Positions 34,075 through 44,092 of a stretch of 64,000 nucleotides of DNA are shown in pieces. The position numbers and the translations under genes were made by a program. The DNA is from a virus. Taxonomy: Duplodnaviria; Caudoviricetes. The notes beneath the pieces are model-generated. The model was not told the DNA's origin, searched no databases, and worked only from the letters and a program-made list of their open reading frames with translations. The first letter of the stretch is position 1; each line of letters starts with the position of its first letter. The DNA lies in IMG/VR virus record IMGVR_UViG_3300032053_000004, positions 32,001 to 96,000 of that record, one strand, 5' to 3'.

Positions 34075-36853
34075 TAGTTCTCAAATTGATCAAATTTCTT
34101 CAAACATTATGCTTGAAGCCGGTCACTGGCCTCGCGTTTTTACAGCAGAAGGCATACATCCATTTGAACAAATTGAATGGAAAATAGTAGACGCTCGTAT
34201 TGAAGGGAAGGGCGGAAACGTCGTTTTTGAGCAAAAAGGAGTAGAAGTTCCTATTTGGTGGGGTCAGTCCGCCATAAATATTGTTGCTGATAAATATATG
34301 AGGGTCATTAATGGAGTTAGAGAAAATTCTGTTAAGCAAATTTTTTCCCGCGTAGCATCGACGATCCGTAAATGGGCAACCGAACAAGAATATTTTAATG
34401 TTGAGAAAGATGCTCAAATTTTTGAAGAAGAGCTGATTTTTGCTTTACTCCATCAATATGGAGCATTTAATTCTCCTGTCTGGTTTAATTTGGGTGTTCC
34501 AGATAGGAAACAAGCAGCTTCTGCGTGTTTCATATCGAGTGTTGAAGATACGCTTGATAGTATCATGAATTTTCAATGTTCTGAATTAAAAATTTTTGCT
34601 TTTGGCTCCGGATCAGGTGCTAATTTATCTAAGATTCGTTCGTCTTATGAAAAACTTTCTTCAGGTTCTTACACATCCGGGCCTCTTTCTTGGATGAAAG
34701 GTCTTGATGATTATGCCGGGGCTATGAAATCTGGCGGATCTACTAGAAATGCCGCTAAAATGGTTGTTCTTGATATTGATCATCCTGATATCCTTGAGAC
34801 TAAGGATGGACGTCCTGGTTTCATTAAGGCTAAGTCAGCAGCCGAGCAAATTGCCCATGATTTGATTCAAAAAGCTGGGTATACCGGATCTTTCGACGAT
34901 CCGAATTCAGCCTATAAGATAGTTCCACTGCAAAATGCGAATAATTCGATCAGCATAACTAACTCCTTCATGCAAGCAGTTATAGATGATGGTCTTTGGC
35001 AAACCAAAGAACGTTTAACTGGCAAACCAGTTCACACATATAAAGCACGTGATGTTTGGAAAGAAATTTCCATCGCAGCTTGGAAATGTGCTGATCCTGG
35101 TGTTCAATTTAATGATACTATGAATGAATGGCATACTACTCCAAAATCAGGAAAAATACGTGCCTCTAATCCATGCTCAGAGTATTTGAATATCGACAAT
35201 ACGGCTTGTAATCTTTGCGCTATTAATTTAACTAAATTCTTCGAAGGAAAGAAATTTAATCACGAAAGATTTGAACAGTCTGTTCGTTTGTTCGTTACTT
35301 CACAAAACGCTATCATAGCTAAGGCTGAGTATCCGACTGATGAAATAACTAAGAATAGTATAACGAACCGCCCCATAGGTTTAAATTACGGGGATCTTGG
35401 TGCGTTACTTATGAAATTCGGATACGGTTATGATTCTGATGAAGGTCGTGCTATTGCTGCTCGTATGGCAAGCCTTATGACCGGTCATGCTTATTTGACT
35501 TCTGCTCGTCTTGCGGCTCGAGTCGGAGCTTTTGAAGAATTTAAAGATAATCGAGACGATATGATGCGAATTATGCGAAAGCATAAAGAAGCGGATTCAG
35601 TCATTCTTTCTCGGTGGAATTTAGAGAATGATCCGATTTCGGATGATGTAGTTTCTGCTAGTTCCAAACTTTGGGATGACGTTATAGATTTTGGCTTGAG
35701 ATATGGATATAGTGTTTCTCAGGCCACTCTCCAAGCTCCTCTTGGGACTATCTCTTTCTTGATGGAAATGAATACGACCGGAATCGAACCTGCATTTTCT
35801 CTTGTTTCATATAAGACTATGGTCGGCGGCGGCTTCATGAAGCTTGTTAATGGGGCTGTCCGCGATGCTCTTGTAAATCTCGGATATTCACAAGAGTCTA
35901 CTGAAGAGATATGTCAGTATATTCATGACAATGATTGTATTGAGGGAGCTCCCGGGTTTAAAGAAGAAGATTTACCAGTTTTTGACTGCGCCATGCCTTC
36001 TGGTAGATCTAAGAGATCTCTTTCTCCTATGGCCCATATTAAGATGATGGCAGCGATTCAGCCGCTCATTACGTGCGCCCAAAGTAAAACTGTTAATTTA
36101 CCTAATTCCGTAACTCCTGAGGATATTGGCAATGTTTATATGGAAGCTTGGAAGCTTGGTTTAAAATGTGTTGCTCTTTATCGAGATGGTTGTAAACTTT
36201 CGCAACCTCTTGCGACCAAAGAACGCTCTGATGAGCAGCATGATATTAAGATGGTTGATGAACCGAGGAAAGACATTGAGCTATCGTTCGGTGCTAAACG
36301 TCGTCCTATGCCGAATGACGCAGAAGGTACCAGACATGTATTTCACATTGATGGGTATAAAGGTTATATAATAGTAAACGAATATGCTGATAAAACTCCG
36401 GGAGAAGTCTTCCTAAGACTTGGAAAACCAGGATCGACAGTTGCCGGTTTGATTGATGGTTTTACTAAGCTTCTCAGTATTTCTCTTCAATTTGGTGTTC
36501 CTCTTCCGAAATTGATCCATAGTTTTGTCGACACGAAATTTGAACCGGCTGGATTTACTCAAAATCCGAATATTCGATTTGCTAAGAGTTTTTATGATTA
36601 TTTATTCAAGTATCTTGATCTTAAGTATTACGATGGGGAAAATACTGGTTTAAATTTGAAGAAACTTGTTGCTGAAGAAAGTGAGTCTATAACACCAAAT
36701 TCTGTTGATAGTTTATACCCGACTCCTATTCCTGTTGCTCCGATTAAAAAGAATCTTGATTCTCCCCCGTGTACACGGTGCGGATCCATTACGATTCGTA
36801 ATGGATCTTGCCATCTTTGTACAAATTGCGGCATAACAACAGGCTGTAGTTAG
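34058..36853 (+). CDS. nrdJ: class II (adenosylcobalamin-dependent) ribonucleotide reductase
   Basis: FNSPVWFN, ASACFI, SNPCSEY, APLGTIS, GIEP, SKTVN, C-terminal zinc ribbon CTRCG...CHLCTNCG. Confidence 0.95.
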   Translation: MLRVVDSSQIDQISSNIMLEAGHWPRVFTAEGIHPFEQIEWKIVDARIEGKGGNVVFEQKGVEVPIWWGQSAINIVADKYMRVINGVRENSVKQIFSRVASTIRKWATEQEYFNVEKDAQIFEEELIFALLHQYGAFNSPVWFNLGVPDRKQAASACFISSVEDTLDSIMNFQCSELKIFAFGSGSGANLSKIRSSYEKLSSGSYTSGPLSWMKGLDDYAGAMKSGGSTRNAAKMVVLDIDHPDILETKDGRPGFIKAKSAAEQIAHDLIQKAGYTGSFDDPNSAYKIVPLQNANNSISITNSFMQAVIDDGLWQTKERLTGKPVHTYKARDVWKEISIAAWKCADPGVQFNDTMNEWHTTPKSGKIRASNPCSEYLNIDNTACNLCAINLTKFFEGKKFNHERFEQSVRLFVTSQNAIIAKAEYPTDEITKNSITNRPIGLNYGDLGALLMKFGYGYDSDEGRAIAARMASLMTGHAYLTSARLAARVGAFEEFKDNRDDMMRIMRKHKEADSVILSRWNLENDPISDDVVSASSKLWDDVIDFGLRYGYSVSQATLQAPLGTISFLMEMNTTGIEPAFSLVSYKTMVGGGFMKLVNGAVRDALVNLGYSQESTEEICQYIHDNDCIEGAPGFKEEDLPVFDCAMPSGRSKRSLSPMAHIKMMAAIQPLITCAQSKTVNLPNSVTPEDIGNVYMEAWKLGLKCVALYRDGCKLSQPLATKERSDEQHDIKMVDEPRKDIELSFGAKRRPMPNDAEGTRHVFHIDGYKGYIIVNEYADKTPGEVFLRLGKPGSTVAGLIDGFTKLLSISLQFGVPLPKLIHSFVDTKFEPAGFTQNPNIRFAKSFYDYLFKYLDLKYYDGENTGLNLKKLVAEESESITPNSVDSLYPTPIPVAPIKKNLDSPPCTRCGSITIRNGSCHLCTNCGITTGCS

Positions 36854-36904
36854 GTTTATATTTCCATAATTAATATGATTAGGTTTTTTTTGTTATTAGT
36901 TAAT

Positions 36905-37324
36905 ATGAACCCTTCTCAGGTCGTCCAGTCCCTTCGTCGTATAGCTGCTGCCATCCAAGCTTCAAAGAATCCTGACCGAAGGCTTGTGGCTCGGGATTTA
37001 AAGAAGATTATTTCTATTCTTTTGAACAAACCGAAATCCGAAACATTTTATGTTGATTGGGAAGGGAGAGGTTATACATCAGATTTAATGAAATCTGACA
37101 TTCAAATAATGAAAAAAACAATAGGAGAAGGACCAATTTATGCTGGAAGTATTGATGATTTTACAGGTGAGTATTTTAGTTCAACAGGCGGACCTATTGA
37201 AAATTTGATAATTTTAAGAGGTGGACTTAAGAATACTGACAGTAGTCCTTTCATGAGAGACAATGTTCTTTGGAGAAAATTTTCTAATTGGGATGAACTA
37301 ATAAATGAATTTCAATTGTTTTAA
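36905..37324 (+). CDS. KPSQV/SKNPDR-leader protein
   Basis: MNPSQVVQSLRRIAAAIQASKNPDRRLVARDLKKIISILLNKP; start at 36905 by comparison with paralogs. Confidence 0.75.
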   Translation: MNPSQVVQSLRRIAAAIQASKNPDRRLVARDLKKIISILLNKPKSETFYVDWEGRGYTSDLMKSDIQIMKKTIGEGPIYAGSIDDFTGEYFSSTGGPIENLIILRGGLKNTDSSPFMRDNVLWRKFSNWDELINEFQLF

Positions 37325-37337
37325 GTAATGTTGTTTT

Positions 37338-37577
37338 ATGTCAGATAATGAACGTGATAGATATGCTTATGGATATGACGCCGGGACAATTGTAGATGGC
37401 GTCGTTCATTTGGATTTATCTACAAATAAATTTGTTCTCATAGATGACGATGGAGAGGTTTTTGACCCCAACGCTGTTTTACAAACATTAATGGGGAAAA
37501 AGGTTCGTATAACTATGATTTCTTTCGAATCCATGGAAGCTTTAGAAAAGCTTCTCGCAAATCAGCCTAAGAATTAA
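37338..37577 (+). CDS. hypothetical protein
   Basis: TAATGT 6 nt before ATG. Confidence 0.65.
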   Translation: MSDNERDRYAYGYDAGTIVDGVVHLDLSTNKFVLIDDDGEVFDPNAVLQTLMGKKVRITMISFESMEALEKLLANQPKN

Positions 37578-38695
37578 ACTTGATCATCACTAAGATTTTT
37601 CTCCAAATATGGGATGCAGTCGTTTCTTCTAGATATTAAAACTCTGCATCCCTTGTGTAAATTAAGATCTTTAAACATTGAAAGATTATGGAGAGAAACA
37701 TTTGTAATTGTTACTCCTCCTATATTTATGGGTTCAACAACCGCTACACCGGTTACACGACCTGAAGATCCGACCTGCCATTTCACATCTATAACTCTTG
37801 ATTCTCTCATTGAAGGATCAAATTTCCAGGCCACTTGACCGTTCGGACGAAGATTTAATTCTCCTAACTCTTGGAGATCATTTAAATTATTAACGGAAAC
37901 AACCATTCCATCGATTTCGTACGGAACACTTTCTCGATCTATACCTTTGAATATTTTAACTATATATTCTTTATCTGTACATGCGGCAGCCTCCGGGACT
38001 TCAAACCCTAAGGACTTGAGTTCCTTAAAAGCATATGATAATGTCGATGGTTGGTCTATTTCTTTTACCATCCAATATGCTAGAAAATTTAGATTAACAC
38101 AATCCTTTCCTCCACCTTTTTTGTCCCGGACTTTGCCTGCGGCAGTATTTCTTGGATTAGCGTAAGATTCTGAATATTTTTCTTCAAAAACTTTCTTGAG
38201 TATAACTATTTCGCCGCGAACTATGACATCTATTTCTATTGGAAGTTTTTTCGGTATACTTGGAACCTTTGACATATTTGATAGGACTTCTTCTCCTATC
38301 ATCCCATCCCCTCTAGTAACGGCCGATATTAACACGCCTTTTTGGTATACTAACTCCATGGAGGATCCATCTATTTTATGGGTTATATGGATAGACCCTG
38401 TGTTTAATTTCTCTGCCCATTCTAAAAATTCTGCCTCAGAATTAACTTTATTAAGGGATCCCATTGGTATTTTGTGCGGAACTTTTTCCCAGACAGAAAT
38501 TTCAGTTGGGGCTGCTCCGACCAAAATTAGTTCTTTATGATTAGGGTCGAGAGATTTTAATTCATCAATTAATGCATCATATTCTTGGTCCGACAATATT
38601 GTATTTAAATTATAATAACCTTCTCTGGCTTCTCGGATCTTTAAAGATAACTCTTCTATTCTTTCTGAGTTCATTTGATAATATTTTACATCCAT
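37574..38695 (-). CDS. ligA: NAD+-dependent DNA ligase, N-terminal half (Ia, adenylation and OB domains)
   Basis: YY...SDQEYD, HKIDGSS, TRGDG..GE, VRGEI, NPRN.AAG, YEIDGMVV, AWKF; ends right after the OB fold. Confidence 0.9.
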   Translation of the reverse strand: MDVKYYQMNSERIEELSLKIREAREGYYNLNTILSDQEYDALIDELKSLDPNHKELILVGAAPTEISVWEKVPHKIPMGSLNKVNSEAEFLEWAEKLNTGSIHITHKIDGSSMELVYQKGVLISAVTRGDGMIGEEVLSNMSKVPSIPKKLPIEIDVIVRGEIVILKKVFEEKYSESYANPRNTAAGKVRDKKGGGKDCVNLNFLAYWMVKEIDQPSTLSYAFKELKSLGFEVPEAAACTDKEYIVKIFKGIDRESVPYEIDGMVVSVNNLNDLQELGELNLRPNGQVAWKFDPSMRESRVIDVKWQVGSSGRVTGVAVVEPINIGGVTITNVSLHNLSMFKDLNLHKGCRVLISRRNDCIPYLEKNLSDDQV

Positions 38696-38727
38696 AAGCT
38701 ATTTGTTAATTATAATTTAGAGGAAAT

Positions 38728-39228
38728 ATGTCTCATCCTACATTCTCAAAAATAGCGGCCGAAATTTCAGTCATGATTCAGTCTCGGACTAGAATCAAAA
38801 CCGCAGCTGAAAGAGACGCTGAATGGCATCGAGTTAATAGTTATATAGCGGACATTTTGAAAGATGTTCATATGACTTATGCTAAACTCGCCCGACTTCA
38901 GAGCGATTTTACTGGGGATGAACTCGTTCAATTAGAAGAATTATCTGAAAGGATTCTTTCTCTCGGTTCTTCAATGTCTAAATTTTCTAAGGCTTTCTAT
39001 GAAGGTCAGTTTAATATGCTTCCTGCGGATACCACGTTTGGTGGCGGTGGCGGTGGCGGTGGTGGCGCTGGGATGCCCGGAGGAGGTTCTCCAATGCCCG
39101 AGGGCGCACCGGGTGGTATAGATATCTTCGAAGAGGAAGAAACCGCCCCGGGATCGGAAGAAGAGGTAGAGGTTGTAGAGGAGGATGAAGGTCAGGGTCA
39201 GGAAGAAGAGGAAGAGGAAGAGGAATGA
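38728..39228 (+). CDS. KIAA/KTAA-leader protein with Gly-rich linker and poly-Glu tail
   Basis: FSKIAAEIS, RIKTAAERD, GGGGGGGG, EEEEEEEE. Confidence 0.7.
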   Translation: MSHPTFSKIAAEISVMIQSRTRIKTAAERDAEWHRVNSYIADILKDVHMTYAKLARLQSDFTGDELVQLEELSERILSLGSSMSKFSKAFYEGQFNMLPADTTFGGGGGGGGGAGMPGGGSPMPEGAPGGIDIFEEEETAPGSEEEVEVVEEDEGQGQEEEEEEEE

Positions 39229-40025
39229 TCAATATATTTCGAATTGCCAGCAGAATTGCTGGCAAGAGTCTTCTTTTAATGGAAGAAATGGGATACAATC
39301 CATATATTCGTGTAGATAATATAAGTTATTTATTGCCTGAGGAGTGCAGCAGTAGTGAAATTATTGAATCTATATTCAATGCTTGGATAAAGTCTGGATT
39401 TTCAGGTGATTCTCTCATTTCTCAGAAAAAATTATTTGATACCCCAAGTAATTTTCTTCATGAAATTGAACATCTTGTTTTAGATCCTAATTTTGATTTA
39501 AGACTCCAAGCCCATAAATCAAAATTAACTGATTCTCCGTCTCATCATGGGATAGAATCTATGATGGAAGAAGTTATGACTCAACGTCTCTTTCGTTTCA
39601 TTCTTCCTGATGAAGCAGATTGTCATGATGCAATAGATAATAGTATATGGTTTTCACACAATAGTCGTTTAGAAAATGATAAACTGTTGGATATGATTTC
39701 TTCTGCTCCAATGTCTAATTCTACTTTAGAAAATATTAGAGATTCAGCTATATATAAAACAAAACAAAAATATGAGAATGGTGAGATAAATACTAGCCCG
39801 GATCGACCGGGGGTGATAGAAATGAATGTTCAAATCTTAATTGATTTTCTCATGAATGCTTTGAGCAAATTTGATATATGGAAAGAAATTATTTCTGATG
39901 AACAGGAAGAAAAATGGAGAAAATTTGCTCTTAATTTAAGAAATGAATTCAAGAAACTTTCTCGAATTTACGGAATTTCTATGGATTGGGATACTGATCG
40001 AATGATTCAATACGAAGAACAGTAG
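39225..40025 (+). CDS. RIASRIA-leader hypothetical protein with HEIEH motif
   Basis: MINIFRIASRIAG; FLHEIEHL is HExxH-like. Confidence 0.65.
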   Translation: MINIFRIASRIAGKSLLLMEEMGYNPYIRVDNISYLLPEECSSSEIIESIFNAWIKSGFSGDSLISQKKLFDTPSNFLHEIEHLVLDPNFDLRLQAHKSKLTDSPSHHGIESMMEEVMTQRLFRFILPDEADCHDAIDNSIWFSHNSRLENDKLLDMISSAPMSNSTLENIRDSAIYKTKQKYENGEINTSPDRPGVIEMNVQILIDFLMNALSKFDIWKEIISDEQEEKWRKFALNLRNEFKKLSRIYGISMDWDTDRMIQYEEQ

Positions 40026-40051
40026 ATATTATCTCAATTGTAAGTTGGTGC

Positions 40052-40849
40052 ATGGTCACACCGACTGTTGAATATTTTCAAATACCTAGTATATGTCCTG
40101 TTTGTTCCGGTCTTTTAACGATAGACGGGCAATTTTTATTTTGTAAGTCCAAAACTTGCCCTGGAAAGCTTTCCGGGGCAATAAGAGTATGGGTGGAACG
40201 TCTTGGGCTCCTTCATTGGGGTGATACTCTCATAGATAAACTATGTGAGAATAAGATTTCTTCCATATCTGATTTATATCGATTATCGATTGAAGATATT
40301 GCTTCCTGTTGTTCAGGAGTCAAATTTGCTGCTAAATGCCATAAAGTTCTACATTTAAATAAGTCAATTCCTTTACAATTATTGATTTCTGCCTTAAATA
40401 TTCCGAATTTAGGTATATCTACTGCTACTGACATAGTTTCATCAGGAATAAGCACTATTAGTTCACTTCTTAGTGTTTCTGTTGAAGATCTTGAAAAAGT
40501 TCCGAATGTTGGAAAATTAACTGCTCAAAAAATATATGATGGTATTCAAGAAAAAAGAGTAGTTATTCTTGAATTAGAAAGTGTGCTAAATATAATCGTT
40601 CCTACATCCGGTCCTCTTGTTAACTTATCATTCTGTATAACTGGTCCTCTTTCAAAACCTAGAAAAGCTATTGAAAAATTGATAATGGATGCTGGAGGAA
40701 CTGTTAAAAGTTCAGTCGGTTCAGGTGTAACCCACTTAGTGACCAACGTTCCAGACACGACTTCTTCAAAGATGCAAAACGCAAAGAAGCATGGGACTCA
40801 GGTTATTTCAGAGATCAATCTTTATTCGCTCATTGAGGCTACGAATTGA
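40052..40849 (+). CDS. ligA: NAD+-dependent DNA ligase, C-terminal half (Zn finger, HhH, BRCT)
   Basis: CPVC...C....CP, LNIPNLG, VPNVGK, FCITG..R...I...GG, SSK...AKK.G. Confidence 0.88.
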   Translation: MVTPTVEYFQIPSICPVCSGLLTIDGQFLFCKSKTCPGKLSGAIRVWVERLGLLHWGDTLIDKLCENKISSISDLYRLSIEDIASCCSGVKFAAKCHKVLHLNKSIPLQLLISALNIPNLGISTATDIVSSGISTISSLLSVSVEDLEKVPNVGKLTAQKIYDGIQEKRVVILELESVLNIIVPTSGPLVNLSFCITGPLSKPRKAIEKLIMDAGGTVKSSVGSGVTHLVTNVPDTTSSKMQNAKKHGTQVISEINLYSLIEATN

Positions 40850-43056
40850 TGGAACAACTTAATTGCAAGATTTCCAGCATTGTTTTTTCCAATAAACAAA
40901 CGGGGTTTTGTATATTAAAAGCAGTTCCTGAAGGTAAATCATCAATGATTACGGTCAGGGGTAATTTCCCTGGCGTTTCTATGAATATTGGACTCAAAGC
41001 CACTTTTACTGGTGAATTTGTTGAACATGCTAAGTTTGGACGTCAGCTTCAGGCTTCATCTTGCGAAATTAAACCGGAAAAAGGAAAAAACGGAGTAGTT
41101 TCTTATTTACTTTCTTGTGTTCCTTCTATAGGTCCTATAACAGCTTCTAAACTTTATGGACACTTTGGGGATGAACTTCTTACTATCTTAGAAACAGATA
41201 TTGAAAAAGTACGTGATCTCAAATTTTTAACTAAAACGCAGATAGAAGCCATTATCGATGAGTGGTCAGAGTCATCTGAAACTAGAACATCTTCAGTCTT
41301 CTTAAGAGATCTCGGTTTAAATTTCAATCAAATAAAACTAATTTACACAGCATTCAGGGCAGATACGAAAAAAGAAGTAACGGATGATCCTTATTCCATA
41401 TGTGAATTCCGTGGAATAGGTTTTATTACTGCCGACCAAATAGCTAGAAAATTGAACGTTGGAGTCGATGACCTTCGTCGAGTTCGCGCATTAATCCTTG
41501 CCGCCTTAAGGGATCTTTCTTCTATAGAAGGCCACTCTTGTGCCACTTCCGATCAAATCAAAAATTATATAAATCGAATGTTTAAGCGACAAGGAATTGA
41601 ATCTTTTTCTCACGGTGATTATGTGTCTGACGTTGCTTTTTACCCGTCACTTATTGAACTTGAAGCCTCGGAAGAGATCCACTCATATAATGGTTTCTTA
41701 TATTTAATGTCAAATTGGCAGTATGAATCTGAAATAGCTAAATACATATCTGCTATCGTAAATAACACTCCGAGAAATCTTGGGGATTTTGACTCTATTC
41801 TTTCTGAATTTGAAAAACTAAAGAATTTAGAACTTTCTGAAGATCAGAAAAAGGCTTTTTCTTTATTAAAGGATGGTCGTATTTGTGTTATTTCTGGATA
41901 TCCTGGAACTGGAAAAACTCTTCTTATGAGTGCTTTCGTTCATTTATTTGAGAAAAATAATATTGATTATACTCTTCTTGCTCCGACTGGTATTGCTGCA
42001 AAACGTTTGTCTCAATTAACCGGAAAATCAGCCTATACTATTCACAGAGCTCTTGGATGCGATAGAGAAGGAAATTGGGAATTTAATAGTAGTAATAAGT
42101 ATATTGTTGACGCAATCGTTTTAGATGAAAGCTCGATGGTAGACAATCAAACTTTCTACCATTTGATTTCTTCCATTTCTGACACAACTATAGTGGTTTT
42201 AGTCGGTGACGCTGCTCAGCTTCCTTCTGTCGGTTCTGGACAGGTTTTAAAAAGTTTCTTAAACAGTCCTAAAGTTCCTCATGTTAGTTTAACTCGTATT
42301 TATCGACAAGAACATCAGTCTGGAATTATTGATATTGCTCATAAAATTTTAAATGAAGAATTAGTTAACACAAAATTTGATGAGAAAAATGAGTTTTTGT
42401 TCTTAAATTTCAATATTGATGAAGTTGTCGATGAAATTAAGAAGATGACTTCTGTTATGTTAGTTAAAAATTCGAATTTTCAAGTCATATCCCCAGTTTA
42501 TGACGGAGAACTTGGTGTTGATAACTTAAATATTAAACTTCGGAGTGTTTTAAATCCTGGATATGAAAACCTTTCTAAATTAAAACATGGTACTACCGGT
42601 TTATATGAAGGTGATCGCATCATGATCATCAAAAATGATTACGGTAGAATGATTTTTAATGGAGATGTTGGAAAAGTTCATCGTATTTCAATCAAATCAG
42701 ATGAAGTTGAAGTAAAGATTTTTAATTGGTTTGATCAAGAGTCAAAAGTCTCAAGATATGTTGACAAAATTTTTACATTCACTATTGAAGAAGCTAGATA
42801 TATAATGAAAGTTGCTTATGCTTGTACGGCTCATAGAGCACAAGGACAAGAGTTCGATTATGTTCTCATGCCAATGACCATGGCTTATGGCCCAATGTTA
42901 TATAAGAATTTAATTTATACCGCGATTACTCGTGCTAGAAAGAAAGTTTTCATATTCGGTGACCCGAAAGCGTTTCGTTTCGCTATTCAAAACAATCGTG
43001 AAATGGATAGAAACACGAATCTGAAAAATTTAATTGAGGACAGTTTAAGTGTTTGA
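40846..43056 (+). CDS. recD2: RecD2/TraA-like SF1B helicase
   Basis: HhH N-terminus, GYPGTGKT, APTGIAA, TIHRALG, LDESSM, GDAAQLPSVG, TAHRAQGQE, YTAITRA. Confidence 0.92.
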   Translation: MMEQLNCKISSIVFSNKQTGFCILKAVPEGKSSMITVRGNFPGVSMNIGLKATFTGEFVEHAKFGRQLQASSCEIKPEKGKNGVVSYLLSCVPSIGPITASKLYGHFGDELLTILETDIEKVRDLKFLTKTQIEAIIDEWSESSETRTSSVFLRDLGLNFNQIKLIYTAFRADTKKEVTDDPYSICEFRGIGFITADQIARKLNVGVDDLRRVRALILAALRDLSSIEGHSCATSDQIKNYINRMFKRQGIESFSHGDYVSDVAFYPSLIELEASEEIHSYNGFLYLMSNWQYESEIAKYISAIVNNTPRNLGDFDSILSEFEKLKNLELSEDQKKAFSLLKDGRICVISGYPGTGKTLLMSAFVHLFEKNNIDYTLLAPTGIAAKRLSQLTGKSAYTIHRALGCDREGNWEFNSSNKYIVDAIVLDESSMVDNQTFYHLISSISDTTIVVLVGDAAQLPSVGSGQVLKSFLNSPKVPHVSLTRIYRQEHQSGIIDIAHKILNEELVNTKFDEKNEFLFLNFNIDEVVDEIKKMTSVMLVKNSNFQVISPVYDGELGVDNLNIKLRSVLNPGYENLSKLKHGTTGLYEGDRIMIIKNDYGRMIFNGDVGKVHRISIKSDEVEVKIFNWFDQESKVSRYVDKIFTFTIEEARYIMKVAYACTAHRAQGQEFDYVLMPMTMAYGPMLYKNLIYTAITRARKKVFIFGDPKAFRFAIQNNREMDRNTNLKNLIEDSLSV

Positions 43057-43090
43057 ACAAGTATGTGTTTTCAACTGTATACTTGTTTAG

Positions 43091-44092
43091 ATGTCGGAAA
43101 TCAGATTTGTTACGTCTTCTGATGAACATTTAGCCGATAATCCCCCTGGATATCGAAAAGACGATTATAGAGCTTCCATCTTCAAGAAACTTGTTTATCA
43201 GGGTGTTTTAGCCAGGAAATATCAAGCTAACGCTCTTTTAAGGGGTGGGGACTTTTTTCACATAAAGGCTGCGAATAAAACGACCCATTCTACTGTTTCG
43301 ATTGCAGCTAGAATTCATCAAGAGTATTCGTGCCCAACTTATGCTCTAGCTGGGAATCACGATATAGTCTATAGTGATTTAGAGACTATTTCTCGTCAAC
43401 CTCTTGGGGTTATGTATAACACTGGTGTTTTTAAAAATCTGAGAGATGAAGTATTCGAAGATGACTCCCTAAAAGTTCGTGTTGTTGGGATCCCTTATAC
43501 GGCCGGTTTAGATCCTGATTTCCTTCGTCAACAGGTGTGTAAGTTGCCGGATGATGGGTATGTTATCGCTTTTGTCCATGCACTAGCATCCATGGCTCCG
43601 AGTGAGAAGATCCAGTCATTTTTTAATGAACCAATTTTTGATTATCGAGATTTAGTTTTTGAAGGATGTCCTGATGCTTATGTTTTCGGTCATTATCATA
43701 AAGATCAAGGTATCGTAGATCATCTCGGAGTTAAATTCGTTAATTTAGGCGCTGTTTCTCGTGGAGCTTTAACTTTTGAAAATTTGGAAAGAAAACCGAA
43801 GGTTTCTTTAATTAAAGTTAACTCTCAAGGTCTTTTTATTGAAGAGCATATAGTTCCGCATGAAGATTCGAGCCAAATTTTCGATTTGGAAAGAAAACAA
43901 CAAATCGATAGAGAAATGAAGTCTCTCTCTGATTTCGTTGAACAATTTAGACTTAATGCTGCCATGAGTAAAGATAATGATTTGAAATCTAGATTGAATG
44001 GGACTGATTGGAATCTTTTTAGTGATGATTTAAAATCTTTGGCTATGGAAATTATTGAAGCTGCTGAATCCGGATCGATAGTAGATGAATAA
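43091..44092 (+). CDS. SbcD/Mre11-like metallophosphoesterase nuclease
   Basis: SDEH, GGDFFH, GNHD, HA, GHYH. Confidence 0.85.
   Translation: MSEIRFVTSSDEHLADNPPGYRKDDYRASIFKKLVYQGVLARKYQANALLRGGDFFHIKAANKTTHSTVSIAARIHQEYSCPTYALAGNHDIVYSDLETISRQPLGVMYNTGVFKNLRDEVFEDDSLKVRVVGIPYTAGLDPDFLRQQVCKLPDDGYVIAFVHALASMAPSEKIQSFFNEPIFDYRDLVFEGCPDAYVFGHYHKDQGIVDHLGVKFVNLGAVSRGALTFENLERKPKVSLIKVNSQGLFIEEHIVPHEDSSQIFDLERKQQIDREMKSLSDFVEQFRLNAAMSKDNDLKSRLNGTDWNLFSDDLKSLAMEIIEAAESGSIVDE

Noticed and set aside
34058-36853. Intein or intron in nrdJ or terL
   Set aside because: Both read continuously through the expected motifs; no C..HN splice junctions or LAGLIDADG blocks seen
37574-40849. Group I/II intron or invertible element explaining the split ligase
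   Set aside because: The halves are on opposite strands, and no flanking inverted repeats or recombinase gene were seen
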